Positions 10,994 through 22,939 are shown, numbered from the stretch's first letter. The stretch is DNA of 64,000 nucleotides from Picochlorum sp. SENEW3 (GCA_034226945.1 CP120457.1:682001-746000), one strand, 5' to 3'. A program made the numbers and translations. Notes: generated by a model not told the origin, from the letters alone.

Positions 10994-12124
10994 TTATCCA
11001 GCTAACGATACGATGTATTGTTTGTAATTGCTCATGAACTTGGCAACAAATGCTTCCAGATGGAAGATTGCCTTTGATCCTAGTTGCAATCTGTGCTCAA
11101 AATAGGCTGCGCTCTGCGCTGTGCTCCTTTTCAATTCATCATCAACCTTTCGCATGAGTTCTTTGGATAGCTGTCTGAGAATAATTTCAGGAGGAATACA
11201 ATTCACGATGAGCTCATAGAGTTTTCCACGAACCAGGAAGAGTCCCTTGGCAGTCTGTTCCCTCAAAATATCTCCTGCAATCTCAGCCACATACATCTCC
11301 CAGTCCGGTAATGACACTGGCTGCGTATCTGTCATAGGATTTTGTGATATATGACACGATTCCATAAATAGTAATGCCCGCCTCATATTCCTATTGCTGG
11401 TTTGCACAATCATACTCATCAGACCAGGGGGCACGGAAATACCTTCCTTATGAGCAACAGATGTGAGAAGGGTGCTGATTGCATCATGGTTTGGAGCAGC
11501 AATTCTAACACAAAGGCATCTACTTCTGACCGGATCAATCACTTTTGATATATTCGTGCAGCAAAGTACCAGCCGACAGGCAGAACTGTATTTTTCCATT
11601 GTTCGACGGAGGGAATGCTGAGCCTCTTTTGAAAGCTTGTCTACCTCATTCAGGATCAATACCTTGAATGTCTTCTCTCCATGTATTCCAATAGGTCGAT
11701 TCCGTGCCATATCTTTAATGATTTCCTGAACAACATACCGGTCATTGTTTCCAACATCTGATGGATTCAGTTCCAAATGGTATGCACTTGATACCGTGGC
11801 AAACTCCACCTCGAGCACTCTAGAAGGTAACTGAATCTTCCATGGTTTAACTTCAACGTGAATTTTGTGCGCTCCTTCCCCGAAGAGTTCTTTGAGCATG
11901 GCTAGAATCATAGTCTTCTTCCCAGCTCCTGGGGGCCCATAGAAGAGCGTGTGGGGACAGTCGCCCTTGGCGACCAGCTTTTGTAAATTATGCGCTACAT
12001 CATTGTGAATCTCAAAATCGTGGAGATCTTTAGGGCGATACTGCGTTCAGTTTGAAAGTGAGAGTGACAATCAGTAAAACAAGACAGAAGGGCGTCACAG
12101 ACATACCTTGTCGACAAACAGCAT
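10994..12124 (-). CDS. RFC3: Replication factor C small subunit (human RFC3 / yeast Rfc5 type); exon 1 12107-12124, intron 12041-12106
   Basis: MLFVDK|YRP, YGPPGAGKKT, AQHSLRRTMEKYS, RSRCL, GSKAIFHLEAFVAKFM. Confidence 0.95.
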
Positions 12125-12676
12125 GGTATTACGTTAGACGAATACGTACAAAAGGTATCAAGAGTGTAGAATCCAGAGAGATGACGGCCGTCTACCTGTA
12201 CTCGCCCGTGCCATATTTGAAATTGGTTTTAATGTTTTAATGTAGGAGTTTTAAAGGCGCGTTGTTCGAGTGGTCAACCACGGTTGACTGAGTCTCTGAC
12301 GTCAGCAGCGGTGCATCTCATGATGTTTGGGGCCGACTTTGGAGCTTTCATGGCTTCATGTACACATGTGCGCATGAAGTATAAAATTGGGTACCCGTCC
12401 TTCCTGCGAGAAACGGCAGTGCAGTGCTCTGTAACAATGCAAACCACAGTGCACATGCAAACAGCACTCATCACAGAACACATCAGCTGCTTCAGATGCC
12501 GCCAGAATGAAATTTTCATTTATAACGGTGTATGGATGCAGCATACAGTGGTTATGATGGCCATCGCGCCTCCTCCGGTGGACAGAAAAATTTTCTTAAT
12601 TCGGAATCGTTGAGAATCAGGCGCTGCGTCAGTCGCCCCGGGAGGGGGGCCTACGCAAACATGCAGCCGGCAGGGA

Positions 12677-12774
12677 TTTTCCGCGGCCACATGTTCATAT
12701 CTTACTTGACTATTATTATAGAGTATTATGGACACCTCATGCGCCCCTGCTATCAAAGAAACCCCTTTTCGCGC
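12677..12774. promoter_or_regulatory. Candidate E2F sites in the RFC3 / F-box-cyclin divergent promoter
   Basis: TTTTCCGCGG at 12677 and TTTTCGCGC at 12766. Confidence 0.4.
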
Positions 12775-13190
12775 TTGCCTCGATCCGATCGCCCAAGTGA
12801 AATCGACATATTCAGACCATCACAGCCTTATGTTGATGGTACACTTCTCTCGATCGAGTGTTTTGAATTGTTGGACTGGGCAATCCCTCCACTCGTACAA
12901 GCACACGTGAACAAAACGCTACCCGAGGTATTCATATTTTCTCGTTTTCCTTGGTAAAGTAGTTTTGGAGTATCAATAGGCAAAGAAAAGGATAGATAGG
13001 CGAGTGCTGTGTCTACTCTTCGCTTGAACCCCCTCGACCGCTACTGCATCCGCACGGCGTCAGGAGACCTATTTGACTCTCTTGAGTGCATCCAAGTGAC
13101 TTCAGAAACATAATTAGGACCATAGCTGTGTAGCATAGTGTATATAAGGGGTTAATACGTGTATATCGTTGTACTACCAAGTAGCCCTCC

Positions 13191-14840
13191 ATGATGGACT
13201 CTCCGGTAGGGTTGAAGGGTACCCAATCAGCAGGCAGTGATAGAGATGCCAGAAACAATGCTAGTAAATCAAGTTTGGCTGGTAGAGGGGATGATGAGCA
13301 GGATTTTGATCATGTCCCGACGCCCTCTATGGAGGCAGGCTGCACTGCCCAGCGCGGAGCAACTGGGCCGAAACGTCGGAGGAAGAGATTTGATAGGCGC
13401 CTAGACGTGTCGGAATTGGTTGAAGGAGGACATTCGATCATGGAAGGGATCCAGTATGGGGAAGATGGCGCGTCGGTTCCAGGTGCAGTGAATCAGCAGG
13501 GCAGGCAAGATGGGTACCATTTAAGGAAACGAAGGAGTGGTCGTGCTCTGTGCACCAGTGATTTGGATGGTGCTGAAAAAGATGAGACATCTAGTATGGT
13601 GAATGATGGCGTGATGACTCGTGGGATGAAACGGAGGAGCGAGGATTGGTTGTCGGCTCTTCCTGAAGAAATCTGGGGGTATATCCTATCGCACCTGGAG
13701 TACAATGATATTGGGAAGGCATTGTGCGCCTGTCAAACGTTTAACAAGCTTACTACAGAAGTTTGGAGGCATGCTTGTGAAATATCATGGCCGCAGTGGA
13801 CTGCAGTGGTAGGAGATGTTCCGGATAATATGTTTTCGTATCCAGAACAGCGATGGAGAAAGTGCTACGAGATGTTGAGTTTGCGCGCTGCTGAGTCGGA
13901 AAATGTCTCTCCCTGGGGTGATACTTTTGGTGGGCTACAGAAGCAGGTTACTCAAAAACACAGGGCTGTGCTCGTGGAGTGGTTGTTGGAGGTATCCTTG
14001 GATTTTAAACTCGAGTCCTCCGTCATCTTTCAGGCTGTTCGCTTTCTGGATTACTATCTGAGAGAAAAAAGCGTTGAACGTATTTTCAAGTTTCAGGCGT
14101 TGGGAATTACAACATTGAGGTTTGCTGTCAAATGCTTGAAGGATCATATGCCAAAGGTTTCTGCAGAGCGGTACAAGTGTCTCATGGATCCATCCAGATA
14201 TGCAGATGTTTGTGCTGGGGCAGCTACTGTGAAGGATATTGTAGATATGACCAAGCATATGGAACGAGTGATACCCAAGCATATTCAGATGGCGCCAAAC
14301 GCAAAGATGTATCTGAGATGCTTGTGGTACACAGTCACAAAGGGGTCCATCGAGCATTTTACCTGCGAGCACATGCATGTGTACGTTTTGGCTGCGTTTC
14401 TCCTTGATCTCAGTCAGATAGATATTGAATGCTCAACGTTTACGCATTCATCCTTGGCGGCAGCTGCCTTGTCTCTTGCCTTTGAGATTTATGGCAAAGA
14501 GCCTTGGCCCATGTCGCTTCGAGCATTCAGCTCATATTCCCTTGACTGCTTGGAAAAGCAGCGCAAGTTGTTGGCAAGAAGACAAGCTGTTTCTATGGCG
14601 GTAAACGCTAGACAGAATTGGAAATTTTATTACGCAGCTCATAATTATCAACGATTCACTAATGAATGGGAAGTAGCACTGGATATCATGGGATCCAGAT
14701 CAGATGCCTTTTTGCGTATGGCATGGGGTGAGAACTCCACAGTGCCATGCATGTGGGAGAAAATGAAGCTGGCTACAGAGGAAACAGGTTCCTATGCCGG
14801 TGATTTAGAGAAGATTGCAATAGACGTATTGTATGATTGA
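13191..14840 (+). CDS. F-box plus cyclin-box protein (cyclin F-like architecture)
   Basis: F-box LSALPEEIWGYILSHL..DIGKALCAC; cyclin N box HRAVLVEWLLEVS..FKL....FQAVRFLDYYL...FQALG; cyclin C-like FLLDLS...SSLAAAAL. Confidence 0.85.
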   Translation: MMDSPVGLKGTQSAGSDRDARNNASKSSLAGRGDDEQDFDHVPTPSMEAGCTAQRGATGPKRRRKRFDRRLDVSELVEGGHSIMEGIQYGEDGASVPGAVNQQGRQDGYHLRKRRSGRALCTSDLDGAEKDETSSMVNDGVMTRGMKRRSEDWLSALPEEIWGYILSHLEYNDIGKALCACQTFNKLTTEVWRHACEISWPQWTAVVGDVPDNMFSYPEQRWRKCYEMLSLRAAESENVSPWGDTFGGLQKQVTQKHRAVLVEWLLEVSLDFKLESSVIFQAVRFLDYYLREKSVERIFKFQALGITTLRFAVKCLKDHMPKVSAERYKCLMDPSRYADVCAGAATVKDIVDMTKHMERVIPKHIQMAPNAKMYLRCLWYTVTKGSIEHFTCEHMHVYVLAAFLLDLSQIDIECSTFTHSSLAAAALSLAFEIYGKEPWPMSLRAFSSYSLDCLEKQRKLLARRQAVSMAVNARQNWKFYYAAHNYQRFTNEWEVALDIMGSRSDAFLRMAWGENSTVPCMWEKMKLATEETGSYAGDLEKIAIDVLYD

Positions 14841-14900
14841 TTTGCACAGAGAGATTGCCACATTGAATATATTGATGCCGATGTAAACATATTGTCTCGT

Positions 14901-15917
14901 TTACTTTTTCTTTCGTCTCTTTCTACCGCCCTCTGCTCGTGTTCGCAAAGGCTGTTTTTCCCCTGGCTTGATTTTCTTCTTTTGCACTCCCTTACTCCTA
15001 AGTGGCTTACCACCACCCATTTTGCTACCATTCACCTTGCCCTTTGCTGGTCTCTGACGCTGCTGACTATATTCTTTTCTAGATTTCTTTACCTCCCGTC
15101 GTCGATCCACAACAACCTCCACTTTCTTTTTGGAAGGCTGCATCCTATCCTCCAAATCCTCACTCTCACTTGATAGTATGTCACTATCAGGTGAACCCTG
15201 ATCTTCCACGGATACATCATCATCACTGCCTGAACTCTGCGCAAAAAAGTCATCATTCATAAGATCATCCTCTCCCGTGCCCTGGATGACTTCGTCATCC
15301 TCTCTGCGATCTGCCTCCTCGTGCTCCACCAAACCTTCCTTCCTGACACCTTCGTCAGGTTCGTTGACAATAGCGTCATCGCGAAGTTTCTGTTTCACTA
15401 TTTCCCTCAGTCTCTTTCTCTCAGATTCAAGATGAGCCTGAGCTTCAGCTGTGTCAGCATCTCTCAGCAAAGAAACATACTTTTCTCCCTTTGGAAAATG
15501 CAGCACATACTCCAAGTCCTCTTGCACTGCAGCAAGCCTCTTGAGCAGATTTTCCTTCTCCTCTTCGCTGGAAGCATGCTTTATCCCTTTCTTGATCTTC
15601 GATAGACGTCTCTCAATCTTAATTCGCTCGAAGAATCGAATCTTATGGTACCGAACAGCAAACTTTCTCTCCAGGTATTTCTTCCTATTCTCTTCAGACT
15701 CCTCCAGGAGATCACGCAATCTCTTCTCCATCACCTGACGTAGTTTATCATCCAAAGTATCCTGCATACGTGTTGCATAATCCTCATGAAATACACCACA
15801 TGCATGTTCCACATGTTTTTTTCTTACCTTTGCAAGTAAACGCTTCACATCGCGAATGCGCTTTGTCATGGATGGAGTTTTCTTTTTCTTCTTCATTTTT
15901 TTAGTATCTAAAGCCAT
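14901..15917 (-). CDS. EFG1: rRNA-processing protein EFG1; probable intron 15762-15827
   Basis: KRIRDVKRLL, RYHKIRFFERIKIERRL, DLEYVLHFPKGEKYVSL and an acidic/basic tail. Confidence 0.9.
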   Translation of the reverse strand: MALDTKKMKKKKKTPSMTKRIRDVKRLLAKVRKKHVEHACGVFHEDYATRMQDTLDDKLRQVMEKRLRDLLEESEENRKKYLERKFAVRYHKIRFFERIKIERRLSKIKKGIKHASSEEEKENLLKRLAAVQEDLEYVLHFPKGEKYVSLLRDADTAEAQAHLESERKRLREIVKQKLRDDAIVNEPDEGVRKEGLVEHEEADRREDDEVIQGTGEDDLMNDDFFAQSSGSDDDVSVEDQGSPDSDILSSESEDLEDRMQPSKKKVEVVVDRRREVKKSRKEYSQQRQRPAKGKVNGSKMGGGKPLRSKGVQKKKIKPGEKQPLRTRAEGGRKRRKKK

Positions 15918-16032
15918 TGTTCCTCCAAATCAACGTCCTCTGCAGAATTTGGACTACGCCATGCAATGCCAACACTCTGTGTGTGCGAAATGGGAGTATT
16001 TTACGCAATTAATTAAATACTATGTATTATTA

Positions 16033-18166
16033 TTAGAAAAGTCTCAATTCAATCATCCCTTCTTTTCGCTTCGGAGTCCACCAGATTGCCAGACGAGCAG
16101 CACCTTCAGTCCCAGGGAGCAGGACATCCCCTCCAAACATGCTTTCTAATAGGCAGGGTCGCATGCTCATTGCCGTTTGTGCGATGCCCTTTAACGTACT
16201 ACGTTCTCCTTGATTTTGTGGCGTATTTGTCGGATCCAGTGCAAATCTGAAATCTGCTCGTCCTCTCACAGGTCCAAAGATTTGCTGGGAAAGTGACAGG
16301 CTGCAGCAGTGCCAGATACCCTTGCCCTCCAATGCAAATGCCCTATGCTTGTCTGGTCTCGTTCCTACGTCAATAGCAGATGGTGCCCCCGTGATTGGAA
16401 GATTTCCGACAACATGTTGTGAGTTTAACCCAAAGTCGAGCTTGAGATCGAGAGATGAGTAGTCCAGTAGGGGTTTTGTGAAACTTCCAATCTGAGCTCC
16501 AATGCCAATTGATGAGAACACGCGCAACGCTGTTTTCCTGCATGGAAAAAACACAATACACTCACATACACGGTAGATCATATATAATACACATAATGAT
16601 GCGGGCGTACTTTAGATAGGGTTCCCATGCCTCTGCAAGCTGTGATGACAAGCTTGTCTTGGACACAAGGCTTGTCGTAGAGGCATTCTGATTTCTCCTC
16701 AAGCTGGGCAAGAATTGAACATTTTCGCTTTCAGATAAATCATCACCTCCTAAAATACCGAATTTATTTGGTAATGGCATCCTCACAAGGCACCCTAGCG
16801 ATGCTGCAAGCTTCACATGTGGCTGTGAGAGAAGAAACGAGTATGGGCGGACCCGTCGTGATTTTCTATTCCTGGCCCCAGAAGCAAATTTCTGAAGAGA
16901 TCCTTCCTGAACCTCATCCGTAATACGCAGAACATTTTTTCTAATATCTTCTAACGCAACAAAGGATTCGGAAATCAGATTTGAAATCGATTCAGATGTC
17001 ACAGGTAAGAGTCTCTGTGTGGTCTGATCACCAGTCACACGCAAGCTTGTCCCAACTGGTTCGTCGAGTCCCTTGACATAACCATATATATCGTTTGAAA
17101 TGTTTGCCTCGGCATGCAGAATATCTGTTGCTCGGTTTCCTTCAGACCCAGACATCTCCTCATCCTGCACCACCTGCTCCTTCTCTTCAACATCCCCAGT
17201 ATCATCCTCGGCAGGAGTTGGCGCCACAGAGGTATTGTTCTCTAGTGCACCGCTCGCCGATGTCACACTCACCCCACTCTGTCGCTGCTGCTGCTGCTCC
17301 TTGCGACCAGACTTTCCCTTCCACACATACGCTTCACCCTCAACCGCAACAGCCCCTTGCGCATGCAGAGCAGTACGCATCGAATACTCTTGCGCGCCTT
17401 CCAAAGAAGGCGCAGACACCTGATACATCCCCACTCTATACTGCAGCCCATCCTGTCTATTGTGAGTAGAAAAATCAATTGATGCTGCCTGTGGCACCCG
17501 TGCATAGTCCCCACTACACTCAACAGTATCCATATTCGTCGAATATCTCCCACATATACTATGCCCATGTACCTGTATCCGCACAGACGAATGCGTCGCC
17601 CCATGCCGTATCATATTCCCCAGTGAGGGCATCCCACTCAAATCTGACACCTCTGCCACATTATCAAACGTCATCCACGGACCAGCCTTCACCTTTGTCC
17701 TCGAACACAATGCATAATTCTTCAGGTTCTTCAACGCATCCAATCGACTCGCAGAAGTCAACGTCTCTGTGTACATTTGCTGAGCTTTGACTCTACAGTT
17801 GAGCACACTCCACCAACTGGCTCCACCAACTTTTGCCACAGACCGATCCAAAACCTGCACAATGCCCCTCTCTGTCGTCATATACAAACATGTTAAATAC
17901 AAGAAACCAATACAACCTACCAGACCCCCACTATGCTGATCATACGAAGGTACCACTGGAATTCCAATCGAATGCGCTGCAATCAACTGTTGAGACCGTG
18001 ATACCCCCGATGACGCATTTAATATCATTGATGAAGGTTCACATGGTAGTTTCCATGCTATTCCATCGATATATCTACTCGAGTGTTCCTTTGTCTCCCA
18101 GAATTGAGAATGCAAGGCAGACCGACTTCCTCGTCTCGCGTTATTCTTCTCCGGGATAATCGGCAT
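16033..18166 (-). CDS. TGD4: Trigalactosyldiacylglycerol 4 (plastid outer-envelope lipid transfer); introns 17855-17920 and 16538-16610
   Basis: N-terminal FW....IDG.A...P.EP......S...SR.QQ and C-terminal WWTPKRKEGMIELRLF. Two ORFs join in frame via a gtacgc/tgcag intron. Confidence 0.82.
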
Positions 18167-18204
18167 AATGCTTTTTACAACAGCATAGTATTCAAAAATC
18201 CAAA

Positions 18205-19056
18205 TTATAAGAGATGTTTGGCATGAAATTCAATATGGTTCTTGATAAAGGAAGCAATGAAGTAGTAGGAGTGATCATAGCCTTGCCTCATTGTTGACTC
18301 GAGATGAATATTTGGTACTGCTTTGGCAGCATTTTCAAATACATGTGGATGCAGCTGTTCTTCTAAAAACTCATCTGATGTTCCTGTGTCAATCAGTATG
18401 TCCAGTGGGCCACCAGAGTACGTTCCTACAAGCTCAGAGGCATCATACTGGTTCCAAACACGCTCATCTGATCCTAGGTATCCCTCGAATGCTTTGATGC
18501 CCCATGGCACCTTGCTTGGATTACAAATAGGTGAGAATGCAGAGACGCTTTTATACATGCCAGGGTTTCTGAGGGCTAGCACGAGAGCTCCGTGACCACC
18601 CATGCTGTGACCACAGATGCTCACCCTGGTGGTATCCAGCTCTGGAAGAGATTGTGCCAGCACAGATGGCAACTCCTTGACGACATAGTCCTCCATTCTG
18701 TACTTTTCCCAAGGACTTTTGATTGCATTCAGATAGAACCCTGCACCTGTCCCAAAATCATAGGAATCGTTTTCCCCAGGGATGTCCAACCCTCGAGGAC
18801 TGGTGTCTGGTGCCACCACAGCAATGCCATGCTCTGCCGCATACTGCTGCACACCCGACTTGAACATGACGTTATCATCGGTACATGTAAGACCAGACAG
18901 ATAGATGACGTATGGGACGCTGGCATCCTTGCTGCAATTGGGTGGTAGATACACACTGAGAGACATGGAACAGGAAAGCACAGAGCTCTGGTGGGTGTAT
19001 TTATTCACAAAGCCCCCAAAGCATTTATTCGATTTCATCAATGACAATGCAGCCAT
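18205..19056 (-). CDS. SFGH: S-formylglutathione hydrolase (esterase D)
   Basis: YLSGLTCT, APDTSPRG, DFGTGAGFY, GHSMGGHGAL, GYDHSYYFI. Confidence 0.97.
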   Translation of the reverse strand: MAALSLMKSNKCFGGFVNKYTHQSSVLSCSMSLSVYLPPNCSKDASVPYVIYLSGLTCTDDNVMFKSGVQQYAAEHGIAVVAPDTSPRGLDIPGENDSYDFGTGAGFYLNAIKSPWEKYRMEDYVVKELPSVLAQSLPELDTTRVSICGHSMGGHGALVLALRNPGMYKSVSAFSPICNPSKVPWGIKAFEGYLGSDERVWNQYDASELVGTYSGGPLDILIDTGTSDEFLEEQLHPHVFENAAKAVPNIHLESTMRQGYDHSYYFIASFIKNHIEFHAKHLL

Positions 19057-19340
19057 GACTTTGTAATGAAGGATAAATAAACAGAGAAAAAAATGTGTCT
19101 CTTGTGGGTCTTCGACAACGTGCGTGTGACTCTCTCACATGCCTGCAAGCCCGGTTGTCCAAGGTTTCGGGAATTCTGACTTTCCAATTGTGAAATTCAA
19201 AATTCGAATTTTGGTGACATGTGGATGCAGCCTGATTGAGTGTGTATACATGTATTATTCATTGAAAGAATATCTCAAATATTATATTCTGATACTACCA
19301 GGTATCATTTATCCCGAGTCTGGGTGATCGAGTTGACGCC

Positions 19341-21688
19341 ATGAGTCGAGGGGATTTGTATCGCAGTGAAAAAGGTATGGATGGTGGCCTTGAATGCTAT
19401 CTACTGTGTATCTGATACCTACTTTAAAATTATTGTACTGTGGTGCAGTGGCGTTGGAGGATTTCCTTCAGAACTTTTTAGAGACGGGTGAGGATGGACA
19501 GGCCAAGACCAAATACGTGGCTCAATTGGTACGGTGTATGACGTATGACATGGGTTGTGATCTCTCACTGAATCGCCTTATGGGATGTTGGGTGCAGCAA
19601 GAGATTGCGAATCGGAAGAGAGAGTCATTGGTGGTGAGCTTGGATGATTTGGAGGAGTACACCACCGAGCCAGAATTGGTGGCGAATATTGAGATGAACA
19701 CACATCAGTATTTGAGTTTGATTGCCGATGCAGCGGATGATGTGATGCCTGCACCGACAGATTTGGAGCTTTCGGAGGATGTGTTTGATATTATGATGGA
19801 ACAGAGGATGCGTAATCAGGAGAGCTTGGAAACGCAGGCTGCTGAGGAAGGTATTGCTCGTCATCCTCACAATACGATTCCTGCGAGTTTGAAGAGGCGT
19901 TATGAAGTGTTGATCATTCCTCGTACGCATATGGAGCGGATGAAGATGAGAGCGATTTCATCTCCTCAGATTGGAGGGTTGGTGACGTTTCGAGGTATTG
20001 TTACTCAGGTGACGGATGTCAGGCCTTTGATGACTGTGGCAACGTATTTGAATGATGAGGATGGTAAAGAATATTTCCAGGAGGTGAATGGAAAATCGTT
20101 TAATCCTATTGTGACGATGCCAGAGGCGACGCCAGGAGCCAATGCAAAGATGGACCTGCAGATGCAGATTCGTGGATCCAAGTTTGTCAAGTATCAAGAG
20201 GCACGCATTCAGGAGAATCCAGATGAGGTGCCACATGGATCGACACCAAGAACAATGACTGTTCAGCTGAAAGGGCCTCTGGCTCGTGTTATCAAAGCTG
20301 GTGATGCTGTGACAATCTCTGGTATATTCTTGCCTCAGCCGTTGACTGGCAAGCGTGCTGTGCTCAAGTCATCTTTGTTAACTTCAACATATTTACATGC
20401 GACACATGTGGTTCAAAGCAAGATGAGCTATCAGGAGATGGCGCTGAATGATGATCAGCGCGAGGCTATCGAAGCGTTGACTGAGGAAGGGGATATTTAC
20501 ACCAGGCTTGCATCGTCGATTGCACCAGAGATTTACGGGCATGAGGATGTCAAGAAGGCTCTGCTGCTTGCCATGGTTGGTGGAACGACAAGGGCGTTGC
20601 CAGATGGTATGAAACTGAGAGGAGATATACATGCATGTTTGATGGGAGATCCTGGAGTTGCTAAATCGCAGCTGCTTCGATATGTTGCATACGTCTCCCC
20701 AAGGGCTGTGTATACATCAGGAAAGGGATCGTCTGGTGTCGGTTTGACAGCAGCCGTCATCAAGGATCCCACCACGAACGAAATGTGCTTGGAGGGAGGT
20801 GCATTGGTCATGGCAGATAAAGGTATTTGCTGTATTGATGAGTTTGACAAGATGGAAGAGAGTGATCGCACTGCCATCCATGAAGTCATGGAACAGCAAA
20901 CAGTCTCCATAGCCAAGGCAGGAATTACTACAACACTGAATACACGAACAACCGTGTTGGCGGCAGCAAATCCTGCATTTGGTCGATACGATATCCGTAG
21001 ATCACCTGCCGAGAACATCAATCTCCCAGCTGCTCTTCTGTCCCGTTTTGATTTGTTATGGCTGATTTTGGACCGTCCGAGCATGGAGGCAGATTTGTCA
21101 CTCGCACAGCATGTGTTATCAGTTCACAGGGAAGGTCGAGCTCCAGTGCGAGAGACTGCTGTACAGCCTTTGAGTGCTGATATGCTTCGCGCATACATTG
21201 CAGCAGCGAAACAGTACAGTCCATTTGTGCCTTCTGCATTGTCAGAATATGTTGCCTCAGTGTATGCAGAACTCAGAGCAGAAGAGGCTGCTGCAGAGGT
21301 CCCACACACCTATACAACCGCCAGAACACTTCTTTCTATTTTGCGACTGTCGCAAGCACTTGCGCGCCTTAGGTTTTCCGATGAAGTAGAACAGAGTGAT
21401 GTGGATGAGGCCCTTCGACTCATGAAAATGAGCAAAGCATCTTTATATGATGAAGGCGAGACAGACAGAGCACCAGACCCTGTGTCTCAAATCTTCTCCA
21501 GGATTAGAGTACATGCAGAAAGAACGCGACGATCCGCGTATTCATGGGCTGACCTGATGGACCTCCTTGGCACATCGTTCAAACCAGATCAAATCAAGCA
21601 ATGTTTACAAGACTATGCATCTATCAATGTCTGGCAACTTGAAGGTGGAACAGAAGACAACCCTGGCATCCGTTTAACAGTTTCTTAA
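19341..21688 (+). CDS. MCM7: DNA replication licensing factor MCM7; introns 19375-19448 and 19529-19597
   Basis: SIAPEIYGHEDVKKALLL, GDPGVAKSQLL, IDEFDKM, NINLPAALLSRFDL, TTARTLLSILRLS. Confidence 0.96.
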
Positions 21689-21748
21689 TTGACGTCATTG
21701 TGTAATAGAGAATAAAAAAAAAAAAAGCTACATGTATTCCAAAACGTG

Positions 21749-22939
21749 TTATGATGATTCAAACAAGTCCTGCAACAAGAGACCTTGTATATCATTCCAA
21801 TCATCCACGACACTCTGATCATGGCTCTGGCGTCTCTCCTGCCCAAAATGACCTGTAATCAAATCCGATCGACATATAGGACATGTGCACGAATATCCAT
21901 TACATTCCTGCACCCACCCAAGCAAGCACTGTACATGGAAGACATGCCCACACCCCAACTTCCGAGCAACCTTGATATCTTCCATGCAAATAGGACACGT
22001 ATGAGCATCCCCCTCATCCACATATATCACTCGAGGTAAACTCTTAATCACATATTGCGATCGTTGATGCAACGTTGTATATGTGGCAAGCCTCTTTTTG
22101 GAATGTGCTATCAGGTACCGAATATCCAAGAGAATTGCCAGATCAACCACATGAATGAATATTCCATCTCGAAACATATACAGTGCAAAGTACTCCAATA
22201 AACAAGTGAAATAAAAGCAAATCTCGAGCAATGCATCCACGAGACCATTCATCTCTGTACAGAATGCCATTTCAGCTGCTGGCCTCCTTCGCAGTGCCAC
22301 ACTAGCCACACCTGCCCCCTCCGTACGCTTCACCCGCACATTCAAAATCACCGCTATAGCTTTAATACAATACCTCATGATCCCTCGACTACTCAGCGTC
22401 ATCAATCCCAGCGCATCCAAACTACATATCAACCCAAAACTAGAAAACCCCCACGATGACAGACACGCTCGTGTTGCAATAGCACCCGCTCCAAACGTCA
22501 CGAAAGAAAAAGACACATGCTTCGCATACAACCCACACGATGTACAGTCATTCTGAATCTGAATCGACATCCTCCTATTCGTCACAAACTGAGACACATA
22601 CACCAGCAGAAACACCACCACCTGCCCAACTCCAGCAAACGCCCGTTCCCACGTAAACCCATACGTTAACGTCATCCCAGCATATACTATCGATTTATTC
22701 ATTATAATGCGCAGCATGACATACACGACAGTGGAAATATCGTTACATGTGAGCCCCTGAGAAATCTCCATGCAACACAAGAGCGATAAAAGACACAGGC
22801 TCGCCTGACCCCATCCGTACAGCCTTGGAACATCAATAACACTATTTGATGGCACGTATCCCAGCCATTGCGCTATGTATTGATTTTCTGCCAGTGTCGG
22901 AGTCACATTCTCCGAAACAAACCTAGTCAAATATTCCAT
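21749..22939 (-). CDS. Membrane-anchored RING-H2 E3 ubiquitin ligase (HRD1/AMFR-like layout)
   Basis: Multiple TM segments followed by CPIC...CGHVFH..C...W......CPICR. Confidence 0.85.
   Translation of the reverse strand: MEYLTRFVSENVTPTLAENQYIAQWLGYVPSNSVIDVPRLYGWGQASLCLLSLLCCMEISQGLTCNDISTVVYVMLRIIMNKSIVYAGMTLTYGFTWERAFAGVGQVVVFLLVYVSQFVTNRRMSIQIQNDCTSCGLYAKHVSFSFVTFGAGAIATRACLSSWGFSSFGLICSLDALGLMTLSSRGIMRYCIKAIAVILNVRVKRTEGAGVASVALRRRPAAEMAFCTEMNGLVDALLEICFYFTCLLEYFALYMFRDGIFIHVVDLAILLDIRYLIAHSKKRLATYTTLHQRSQYVIKSLPRVIYVDEGDAHTCPICMEDIKVARKLGCGHVFHVQCLLGWVQECNGYSCTCPICRSDLITGHFGQERRQSHDQSVVDDWNDIQGLLLQDLFESS

Noticed and set aside
12255..12310. GGCGCGTTGTTCGAGTGGTC resembles a tRNA-Leu/Ser 5' end
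   Set aside because: No T-arm (GTTCRA) or complementary acceptor stem downstream.
12284..12957. ORFs of 109 and 141 aa; RMKYKIGYP weakly recalls MAPEG proteins
   Set aside because: No RAHQN motif, no TM pattern and no convincing splice model.
2362..21688. Apparent cluster of cell-cycle genes (CENP-C, RAE1, RFC3, cyclin, MCM7)
   Set aside because: Interspersed with unrelated genes; cannot be distinguished from chance in a compact genome.
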